DNA from: an uncultured Bacteroidaceae bacterium
GTDB lineage: Bacteria > Bacteroidota > Bacteroidia > Bacteroidales > Bacteroidaceae
Reading direction: 5' to 3'
NCBI GenBank assembly: GCA_964403455.1
Contig: CAYOGG010000002.1
Span: 1-36,651, forward strand
Length of the DNA stretch: 36,651 bases
Position numbers and translations under genes: made by a program. Positions 24,051 through 31,577 of the stretch are shown here, piece by piece; position 1 is the first letter of the stretch, and the number at the start of each line of letters is the position of its first letter. Below the pieces are notes generated by a model. It ran no database searches. It had not been told where the DNA came from and saw only the letters and a program-made list of their open reading frames with translations.

Positions 24051-25502
24051 ATGAAAGCGTTAAAATATATAATATTGTCGATGATTACACTATCGAGAGT
24101 GTGTGTGTTTGCTCAAACATCGTACGATGCTGCACGTATAATTGGTCAGGATTTGAATGGTACAGCTCGTTATATTGGAATGGGTGGAGCAATGAATGCT
24201 TTTGGAAATGATATTTCTGTAATTAAGTCAAATCCTGCAGGTATCGGGACTTATAAGAAGAGTGAAGGTAATATGTCATTATCATTCTTTGGTAGTTCTA
24301 CAAAAATGACAAATCCCGGAGCTGAACAGATATATTTAGGTAACTTCTTGACTAGTATTGATTATCAGGGAGATAAAATGGAATCGGATATTAAGGCTGC
24401 TTTTGATAATTTGTCATTTGTAATCTGTAATGAATCTAATGGATATGGCTCATTGAAAAATACCAATTTCGCCTTTTCCTATAGAAAACTGAAAAATGAT
24501 AATAGAACAGTGGATAATTATGATGATTTTACTGAACTGAACGAATTTCGGGAATATGGTAATAGCGAAGAGAGTAAGATTAATTCTTATGATTTCAATA
24601 TATCATTTAATCATGACGATATATTCTATTGGGGGGTTACATTGGGTCTTTTAGATGCATCATATTGGTCAAATGGGTATTATTATCATTGTTATAAAGA
24701 AGGCTCGGATTGGCTAGACTATACAGCAGTTGATCGCATGAATGAAATAAACGCAAAAGGATTTGATATGTCGATTGGAGCAATATTTCGTCCAATTAGT
24801 AATATTAGGTTAGGTTTATCTTTCAAATCACCTACTTGGTATTCGGTAGATCAAACATATCAAGATTATTTATATTCTTATGAAGATATTGAAACTAAAA
24901 CAATCCATAGAAAACAAGATCCTGATTTATTTAGCCAGTCAATTTCTTATGATGTGACAACACCATGGGTGATGAATATGAGTGCCGGACTGACATATGG
25001 AAATACAGCATTGGGTTTTGAATATGAGAATAATTTTGCTAATAGGGTGACTCTTCGTCAATCCGGAAGACTGATAAACGAACAGGGATCATATGATTTA
25101 CAGGATTATGATACCTATAAGGTTGGCATTGAACAGAATATTGACAAAATCAGTCTGAGAGCAGGATATTCAGTAACATCTTCAATGTTTAAGGCCGGCC
25201 AAACTCAATATATGGGCGATACAGGTTTTAATGGTGGACGTCGTGATAATGAGTCTGATAAATTGGGAATCAGTCGTAATATTACATGTGGAATTGGTTA
25301 TTGTAGTGCTCCATCTTCATTGGGAGAGCAGTTTTACATAGATGCTGCTTATGTAGTAGGTATTAAAAAATCGACTCTTTGTATGGGTGGAAATGATCTT
25401 ATATGGAATTATAAAGTTGCAGATTATTTTTATCCGAATCAATTCTCCGATTATAAAGAGATTACAGGTAAGTTGGTAATCACAGCAGGATTTACCTTCT
25501 AA
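24051..25502 (+). CDS. Outer-membrane beta-barrel protein, FadL/TodX/PorV-like
   Basis: Signal peptide ...VCVFA|Q. N-terminal motif GTARYIGMGGAMNAFGNDISVIKSNPAGIG resembles the conserved FadL-family N-terminus. Alternating beta-strand pattern throughout. C-terminal ...ITAGFTF is a typical OMP terminal signature. Confidence 0.65.
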   Translation: MKALKYIILSMITLSRVCVFAQTSYDAARIIGQDLNGTARYIGMGGAMNAFGNDISVIKSNPAGIGTYKKSEGNMSLSFFGSSTKMTNPGAEQIYLGNFLTSIDYQGDKMESDIKAAFDNLSFVICNESNGYGSLKNTNFAFSYRKLKNDNRTVDNYDDFTELNEFREYGNSEESKINSYDFNISFNHDDIFYWGVTLGLLDASYWSNGYYYHCYKEGSDWLDYTAVDRMNEINAKGFDMSIGAIFRPISNIRLGLSFKSPTWYSVDQTYQDYLYSYEDIETKTIHRKQDPDLFSQSISYDVTTPWVMNMSAGLTYGNTALGFEYENNFANRVTLRQSGRLINEQGSYDLQDYDTYKVGIEQNIDKISLRAGYSVTSSMFKAGQTQYMGDTGFNGGRRDNESDKLGISRNITCGIGYCSAPSSLGEQFYIDAAYVVGIKKSTLCMGGNDLIWNYKVADYFYPNQFSDYKEITGKLVITAGFTF

Positions 25503-25527
25503 GATTTTAAATTGATTGATTAGTGAG

Positions 25528-25563
25528 AAACTCTCTTTTCGGAAAATCCGAAAAGAGAGTTTT
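25528..25563. terminator. Hairpin terminator between convergent units
   Basis: aaactctcttttcgg (25528-25542) and ccgaaaagagagttt (25548-25562), 15-bp perfect stem with a 5-nt loop. Confidence 0.75.
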
Positions 25564-25588
25564 AATTACATAATCTATTTATAGTAAA

Positions 25589-26557
25589 CTAAAACTTACC
25601 AAGTATTTTATCCATAACCCAATTAGTAGGAGTCGCACTTATCCCATCGCATGTACAGATGGATTTACCATTAAGATGGTCCACTACGGCTTGAACAAGC
25701 GGGAATTGTACATGCTCCGGATTTGGTATGTCGAACTCATGACGTCCTTTATCGTCATACAGTGTAATGGGTTGGAATGTGAAGATGGAAAAACAGATCT
25801 TTCCTTTGTCTCCAACGAGTTCTATTCTGTCTTCTTTTGCGGATTCATCTGAAACGAAACACCATGATCCTGAACCTACCAAACCGTTTTCAAACTTAAA
25901 GCAGGCACTTACCGTGTCTTCTGCCGAATATAGACCGGCTCTGTTACTACTAAGCCCATAAGCTTCAATGATACAGCCGCATACTTCTTGAACCATATCA
26001 ATCTGATGAGGTGCCAGATCATAGAAGTATCCTCCGCCTGAGATATCAGGTATTACTCTCCAAGGTAGATTGACACTGTTATAATCAAACTCCTTTGGTG
26101 GTTGAGAGAATCTTATTTGAACATTTATCAGCTTGCCGATTTTGTCTTTTAATTCAAGAACTTTCAGAAAGTAGGGAAGATATCTGCGATAATATGCAAC
26201 AAAACAAGGAACTCCGGTTTCTTTAGATATTCTGTTGATACGCATGCATTCTTCATAGCTGGAAGCCATAGGCTTTTCAATATACACAGGTTTACCGGCC
26301 TTCATGGACATAATAGCATATGTGGCATGTGATGACGGTGGTGTTGCAATATATATGGCATTTACGTCACGGTCTTCTATCAAATCGATGGCGTCTGTGT
26401 ACCATTTTTTTATGTCATGTCGTTGAGCATAGGATTTAGCTTTATCCTTGTCTCTACTCATAACAGCCTCTATGGTAGAACCGTCTGCTTTAGCAAAAGC
26501 GGGTCCGCTTTTCTTTTCCGTTACCTCTCCACAACCTATAAATCCCCAGTTTATCAT
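25589..26557 (-). CDS. Gfo/Idh/MocA family oxidoreductase
   Basis: Rossmann N-terminus MINWGFIGCGEVTEKKSGPAF, plus EKPMA and the family-typical C-terminal alpha/beta domain. I chose the ATG at 26557; the track start at 26584 is a TTG that overlaps the upstream gene. Confidence 0.88.
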   Translation of the reverse strand: MINWGFIGCGEVTEKKSGPAFAKADGSTIEAVMSRDKDKAKSYAQRHDIKKWYTDAIDLIEDRDVNAIYIATPPSSHATYAIMSMKAGKPVYIEKPMASSYEECMRINRISKETGVPCFVAYYRRYLPYFLKVLELKDKIGKLINVQIRFSQPPKEFDYNSVNLPWRVIPDISGGGYFYDLAPHQIDMVQEVCGCIIEAYGLSSNRAGLYSAEDTVSACFKFENGLVGSGSWCFVSDESAKEDRIELVGDKGKICFSIFTFQPITLYDDKGRHEFDIPNPEHVQFPLVQAVVDHLNGKSICTCDGISATPTNWVMDKILGKF

Positions 26558-26576
26558 TATTATTAAATGGTTTAAA

Positions 26577-28685
26577 TTAATCAAAGAATGTCCAGCTTAT
26601 TCCCATATGCATCATACGCGGATTAAGAGGATAGTTTGGAACAAAGAAAGAGTTCATGTTGCCTGACATTCCTTCATTAAGATGGTAAAACATTAAATAA
26701 AATCTAACTCCCCGAAGAGAGCAATTGACGTAAGCATTGACTAATGGATATCCTCCTACTTTAGTTACGGAGTTTTTATTTTGCAGGTTATATTGACCCA
26801 ATGCAGGAGAGTAGGCCGGGGCCTCATATTCGGTGAAATACGATACGTTCGCACCTAACTCTATTCTTAATCGTTTTGCGTAATTGAATTTTAAATAGAG
26901 ATCGCTGAATATGTTCAGTTCAGGCAATGGTAGAATATCATTATCTCCGGATAACTGATATGTGATACTATTATCCCAATGAAGAGGGCCTAATACAAAA
27001 TCCTGATTAAGTGTTGCGGATGCTATTTGGACAGAACCTGAGTTTTGTTGATATTGCAAGTTATGCAATATGATATTTCCGGTACCGGATGGGGTACTTG
27101 TTCCATTGTCAATCAGATAAATGTAGTTTGAAATATTTTCTACATCGGCTGATATTCTCGTTTTAAGTCTGTCGATTTCAATAAATCCGCCGATTCTTGT
27201 AGATAACTCTTTTTCAAATTCATTGTCCCACCAACAATCTCTTGCATGATATTTATTCTGGTAGAATAAGGGCTCACGATTTCTTATAGATGTAGTGGCA
27301 CCAAATATGGCATTTTCATTCAGGAACGGAAAAGACAGATTAATGTTTCCATCAATATTGAAATCTCCGATATCTTCTCCAGCTATTACTGTCTCCGCCT
27401 GTATCTTGAATGATAGGTTATTCCCGGATTCGCGTTCTAACAATCCTCCTACAAAGATATTGCCTTCTCTGAATTTGTGTACATATTCGGAGGCTCGACC
27501 TGAAGAAAGGGTATCCGGCATAGAGAATTGTTTGAATTCATACCTTGCGTAGGCTGATAGACCTGCAACAGCCCATTTGGAAAATCCTTCAAGTAATGAG
27601 AGATTGATGCTGTTACTTATTAAGATATTTTCGGTGATATCTATTCCATCGTCGTTAAGATAATCATGCTGATAGTAGTTATCGGGTACGGCATGATAAA
27701 TATAACGCCGTTTTAATGAACTGATTTCCAATGTATGTGAAACAGCACTTATATCTCTTATATCATTATATGTAAAAGTCGAATCGCCAATACTGTCTGT
27801 TACTTCAAAATCTCCCTTTATTTTCAGAGATTGAGATATCATCAACTGTTTCCGCTTAATATTGTTCCATGTACTTGTCATGATGAATGGAATGTCTTCA
27901 GGGGCATATTGTTTTTTACCTTCAGCCATGGCCTCGGGATTGGTTATGTAACGCTTGTCTTCAATACCTCCATTCTCGGCAATTTTCAATTGGTCCGTAT
28001 TGAAGGATGTATGAATGGAGTAGGATTCGCCGTGATGGTATGCATAAAAACGTGTATCGAACATTGATGTCGATTGGTCAGCATACCTGCCTCGTCCCAA
28101 TAGATAATCCATATCCATTCCAATTCCGTTTTTCTTGTTGAAATTGGTTGCAAAATATCCTTTTATTCTTTCTTCTCCATGATTCCTGTCACCGGCCTTA
28201 TTATAAGTAATATTTAGATGAGGCGACTTGGTATCTGTGAATCTGAATTGATGAGGATTTTTTATGAAAAAGTCAAATGGAGTATCGAAAATGAAATCTT
28301 TGGATATCTCCCTTTCAAAATAGAGTCTTGAGATACGTGGAGAACCCAAATTGCCCAAATAGCTGTACGTGCCTTTTATACCGTTTGTCTGATTGTTGTT
28401 CTGAAAAAGATGAGGTAGAGTATCAGGCTCAATGATAAGCATTTTTCCCAATTTCGGATCAATGAAGAACTGTGTATAATCTTTGGATACACTTCTTTCA
28501 ACGACTGTAGTATCTTTTTGGGCTGCCTGATTGATAAAGCCGTCCATCTTGTTCCCGTTGAACTCGTCTTGATTTTGTGAAAGAGTACTCTGAGCTGATA
28601 TCGTAGATGCGATAGACAATGATAGCATGGACAGAAGTACATGTTTCAATGAGTTCTGCATAAACGGATTGGTTTTTTGTAACAT
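26577..28685 (-). CDS. Large outer-membrane beta-barrel protein, Bacteroidetes putative-porin family (call tentative)
   Basis: Signal peptide ...SIASTISA|Q. About 700 aa with alternating Tyr/Gly-rich strands. C-terminus is ...MHMGISWTFFD. I chose the ATG at 28685 over the GTG at 28703. Confidence 0.55.
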   Translation of the reverse strand: MLQKTNPFMQNSLKHVLLSMLSLSIASTISAQSTLSQNQDEFNGNKMDGFINQAAQKDTTVVERSVSKDYTQFFIDPKLGKMLIIEPDTLPHLFQNNNQTNGIKGTYSYLGNLGSPRISRLYFEREISKDFIFDTPFDFFIKNPHQFRFTDTKSPHLNITYNKAGDRNHGEERIKGYFATNFNKKNGIGMDMDYLLGRGRYADQSTSMFDTRFYAYHHGESYSIHTSFNTDQLKIAENGGIEDKRYITNPEAMAEGKKQYAPEDIPFIMTSTWNNIKRKQLMISQSLKIKGDFEVTDSIGDSTFTYNDIRDISAVSHTLEISSLKRRYIYHAVPDNYYQHDYLNDDGIDITENILISNSINLSLLEGFSKWAVAGLSAYARYEFKQFSMPDTLSSGRASEYVHKFREGNIFVGGLLERESGNNLSFKIQAETVIAGEDIGDFNIDGNINLSFPFLNENAIFGATTSIRNREPLFYQNKYHARDCWWDNEFEKELSTRIGGFIEIDRLKTRISADVENISNYIYLIDNGTSTPSGTGNIILHNLQYQQNSGSVQIASATLNQDFVLGPLHWDNSITYQLSGDNDILPLPELNIFSDLYLKFNYAKRLRIELGANVSYFTEYEAPAYSPALGQYNLQNKNSVTKVGGYPLVNAYVNCSLRGVRFYLMFYHLNEGMSGNMNSFFVPNYPLNPRMMHMGISWTFFD

Positions 28686-28699
28686 TTTTCGGGTAAGGT

Positions 28700-29110
28700 T
28701 CACGGCACGAGTCTTAAAATATACTCAATCACCTTTATTGTCAATGAAATTGAACATGCCCAATAAAAAGGATTAGGATTCTTGTCGGAAAGATATAGTA
28801 TGAACAGTATAGCTGTAATAATAGCTCCTATCATGAAGATGGAATTCAGAATAAACCTGATCTTTTCTATTTTGGCTGAATGGCCTATGTCGGAGCCTTT
28901 TCTTCTTTTTACTGAGGGTTTCTTTCCGCGAATATCATAATATGCTCTTTTCTCCAAGTCAGACAATATATTATAAGCCTCAGTAAGATCAGAATATTGT
29001 TCGGAAGACGGATCACAATCTGCAATCAATCTTTGATAAGCATCCTGTATCTCTTTATCTGAGGCTGTCTCAGGTATGCCGAGACGAGCATAAAATTCTT
29101 TTTTTGCCAT
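28700..29110 (-). CDS. J-domain-like membrane protein lacking the HPD motif
   Basis: FYARLGIPETASDKEIQDAYQRLIADCDPSSEQYSDLTEAYNILSDLEKRAYYD follows the J-domain helix II/III pattern but has DPS where HPD is expected. Followed by a basic linker and the TM helix ILNSIFMIGAIITAILFILYL. Confidence 0.7.
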   Translation of the reverse strand: MAKKEFYARLGIPETASDKEIQDAYQRLIADCDPSSEQYSDLTEAYNILSDLEKRAYYDIRGKKPSVKRRKGSDIGHSAKIEKIRFILNSIFMIGAIITAILFILYLSDKNPNPFYWACSISLTIKVIEYILRLVP

Positions 29111-29126
29111 CTTAGAAGAAATTCGA

Positions 29127-29699
29127 CTAATTTAGGATGTCACTGACATCGCTACATATTTCATAGAATAAGTCAATGGTTTTAATTCTGAATTTTCCTG
29201 TGGTTTTCAGTAACTTAGTCTTGTTTTTGTTGAAAGCTTCGTCATCGGTAATCCACTCTTCGGCAGTAAACCTGGAACCTCCTCCTTCACGTTCATCTTC
29301 GTAAATATAATTGATATCAGTCATCTTTATCCTACACAGATTTCCTTCTGAGAGATTTATATCAAGAATATAGTTTATTTTTGTGTAATCTAACGTTATG
29401 AAAGTTCTTGTGAATTCTATAGTCTGTTGGATTCTCATAGAAAAATGAGTGCTGTCAATATTTGTAATACTGGATTTCTTTACATCCTGTTTTGCAAACC
29501 TGCTTCTTGCCCAAGAATTTATAGACTTATAACAATTCTCAACGTCTTTCCCTTGAAGAGAAAAATCTTTTATAAAAGTCACTTTTCCTTTATTGTCAAT
29601 AGGTACTTGACCTACCCCGTATTTGTCAATCGGAGCATTTTGTCCAAATAGTAAAACAGATACGAAACAAGCTACCGCGAATAGTACAATCTTTTTCAT
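29127..29699 (-). CDS. Exported DUF4468-like protein (TBP-like fold family of Bacteroidetes)
   Basis: Signal peptide ...VLLFG|Q. The N-terminal YGVGQVPIDNKGKVTFIKDF resembles the conserved DUF4468 opening. 190 aa. The family call is from memory and tentative. Confidence 0.5.
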   Translation of the reverse strand: MKKIVLFAVACFVSVLLFGQNAPIDKYGVGQVPIDNKGKVTFIKDFSLQGKDVENCYKSINSWARSRFAKQDVKKSSITNIDSTHFSMRIQQTIEFTRTFITLDYTKINYILDINLSEGNLCRIKMTDINYIYEDEREGGGSRFTAEEWITDDEAFNKNKTKLLKTTGKFRIKTIDLFYEICSDVSDILN

Positions 29700-29721
29700 A
29701 GAATATCTTATTATATGATTG

Positions 29722-29729
29722 CAAACTTA
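29722..29729 (-). promoter_or_regulatory. -7 promoter box (TAAGTTTG) for the DUF4468 / J-like / porin / oxidoreductase unit
   Basis: The reverse complement of 29722-29729 is TAAGTTTG. It lies 22 nt upstream of the ATG at 29699. Confidence 0.45.
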
Positions 29730-29887
29730 CAAAAAAGAAATGATTAATTTTTGGAACGGCTTTTGAATTTTAATTTTCATTGATGCTATTTGCTTACTGT
29801 TTTAAAGAAATAAATCAGAACAAATAAATAATAATTAAGACAAACACATTATATACAACATTTTCCATAAAAAAAAACTCAATTTTT

Positions 29888-29918
29888 TTTGTGCCTCATA
29901 TTTATTGTATTACTTTTG
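29888..29918 (+). promoter_or_regulatory. Promoter for the histone H1-like gene (-33 TTTG and -7 TACTTTTG)
   Basis: TTTG at 29888-29891 and TACTTTTG at 29911-29918, separated by 19 nt. The ATG at 29958 lies 39 nt downstream. Confidence 0.5.
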
Positions 29919-29957
29919 TAGCAAAAGGATTATTCATCAATCAATAACAATTTAATT

Positions 29958-30128
29958 ATGGAAGAAATTTTAAAGAAAGCAGCTGAACTTTATGCAGCTT
30001 TTTCAAAAGACGCCAATTCACAAATTGAGAAGGGAAACAAAGCAGCTGGAACACGCGCACGTAAAGCATCTCTTGAGCTTGAGAAACTTATGAAAGAATT
30101 CCGTAAAGCTTCTTTAGCAGCAAAGTAA
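29958..30128 (+). CDS. Histone H1-like (Hc1-type) small basic DNA-binding protein, 56 aa; absent from the ORF track
   Basis: Translation MEEILKKAAELYAAFSKDANSQIEKGNKAAGTRARKASLELEKLMKEFRKASLAAK. The core EKGNKAAGTRARKASLE.EKLMKEFRK is the conserved Bacteroidetes histone H1-like motif. Flanked by a consensus promoter and a terminator. Confidence 0.8.
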   Translation: MEEILKKAAELYAAFSKDANSQIEKGNKAAGTRARKASLELEKLMKEFRKASLAAK

Positions 30129-30151
30129 AAAATTACGTTTTAGGTATAAAG

Positions 30152-30191
30152 CAGGAGTGTTTTGTTTTATAAAGCATTCCTGTTTTTTTTT
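30152..30191 (+). terminator. Rho-independent terminator after the H1-like gene
   Basis: caggagtgtttt (30152-30163) pairs with aaagcattcctg (30171-30182) in a 12-bp stem with two G-U pairs. Followed by a run of nine T. Confidence 0.7.
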
Positions 30192-30227
30192 GTGTCATTT
30201 TAATTAGGTTTTTTGTTTTTATTAAAT

Positions 30228-31577
30228 ATGTCGTTTATTACAAAGAAGGCGTTTAAAGAAGAGTCAAAGCATATCTACAGGTTGGGATTGCCGGTAGCAG
30301 TTGCTCAGTTGGGCATTATCGTTCAAGGATTAGCAGACACGATTATGCTGGGACATCATTCATCACAAGAACTTGCGGCAGCCGGTTTTGTGAATGCTAT
30401 GTTGCTTATGGGAATTTTGTTGAGTCTTGGATTCTCCATGGGGGCAATATCTCAGATAGGCAGATTATATTTTTTGAATGATACCCGGAAAATAGTGTCT
30501 GTGTTGAAGAGTAGCTTGATAGCAAATTTCAAACAAATTATTTTGCTTACTTCGGTTATGTCATCTCTGATATTTCTTTTGCCTCATTTGGGACAACCGG
30601 TTGAGTTGTTACATATGATGAAAATATACCTGCTTATTCTACTTCCTTCATTACCGCTTTTTTTTATAATAAATGCAGGCCGACAGTTTTTTGACAGTAT
30701 TAATCATACTAAGGTGTCAATGTGGATCATGATAATAGGCAATATCTGGAATGTCATATTCAATTGGTTTCTTATTTTCGGCAAGTGTGGATTCCCTGAA
30801 ATGGGAATAGAAGGTGCAGCATGGGCAACTTTATCTTCAAGAATAATCATGGTGTTGATGTTAATATTGGTTTTTGTTTTAAATAAAAGATATAAAATGT
30901 ATCGTATGGTTTGGCATTCGTCCAAATCAAACAAAGAGGATATCAGACTGCTTAGAAAACTTGGATGGCCGATGGCTATTCAAATGGGTTTGGAGTCAGC
31001 TTCTTGGTCACTATGCTCTATTTTTTTGGGTTGGATTGGTGCTAATGCTTTGGCTGCTCATCAGGTGATGGTTAATGTTTCCGGAGTAATATTCATGTTC
31101 TATGTAGGAGTAGGAGAAGCGATATCAATACGTGTTAGTAATTATAAGGGAATAAATGACATGACAAGAGTACGTAATGTATCAAATACGGGATTTTTGT
31201 TGATAATAATGATTGGTGCTGTTTTAAGTATATTCATGTGGGTATTCAGAAGCAGTATAGGATATATATTTACTGAAGATAAAGATGTGGCCTTTACTGT
31301 TTCTACTATGATTTTACCTATGATTCTGTATCAGTTCGGAGACGGTTTACAAATTACATATTCGAATACGCTTCGCGGATTGGGTGACGCTTTTAAACTG
31401 ATGAAGTATTCTTTGATAGCTTATTTGATTATCTCTTTACCCCTCAGTTATCTATTCGGTATTGTATTTGAGGGTGGAGCTGCCGGTGTATGGATGGCAT
31501 TCCCATTTGGACTTACAACAGCAGGAATATTATATTACAGAAGATTCCGAAAAATATCTCTCATTCCAGGTACCTGA
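30228..31577 (+). CDS. MATE family efflux transporter
   Basis: About 12 TM segments with the MATE-typical N-terminal LGLPVAVAQLGIIVQGLADTIMLGH and a repeated half. I chose the ATG at 30228; the track start is a TTG 15 nt upstream. Confidence 0.88.
   Translation: MSFITKKAFKEESKHIYRLGLPVAVAQLGIIVQGLADTIMLGHHSSQELAAAGFVNAMLLMGILLSLGFSMGAISQIGRLYFLNDTRKIVSVLKSSLIANFKQIILLTSVMSSLIFLLPHLGQPVELLHMMKIYLLILLPSLPLFFIINAGRQFFDSINHTKVSMWIMIIGNIWNVIFNWFLIFGKCGFPEMGIEGAAWATLSSRIIMVLMLILVFVLNKRYKMYRMVWHSSKSNKEDIRLLRKLGWPMAIQMGLESASWSLCSIFLGWIGANALAAHQVMVNVSGVIFMFYVGVGEAISIRVSNYKGINDMTRVRNVSNTGFLLIIMIGAVLSIFMWVFRSSIGYIFTEDKDVAFTVSTMILPMILYQFGDGLQITYSNTLRGLGDAFKLMKYSLIAYLIISLPLSYLFGIVFEGGAAGVWMAFPFGLTTAGILYYRRFRKISLIPGT

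Noticed and set aside
24026-24211. 61-aa ORF overlapping the start of the barrel gene
   Set aside because: It is in a different frame from the 483-aa ORF, which carries a proper signal peptide starting at 24051. It has no motif support.
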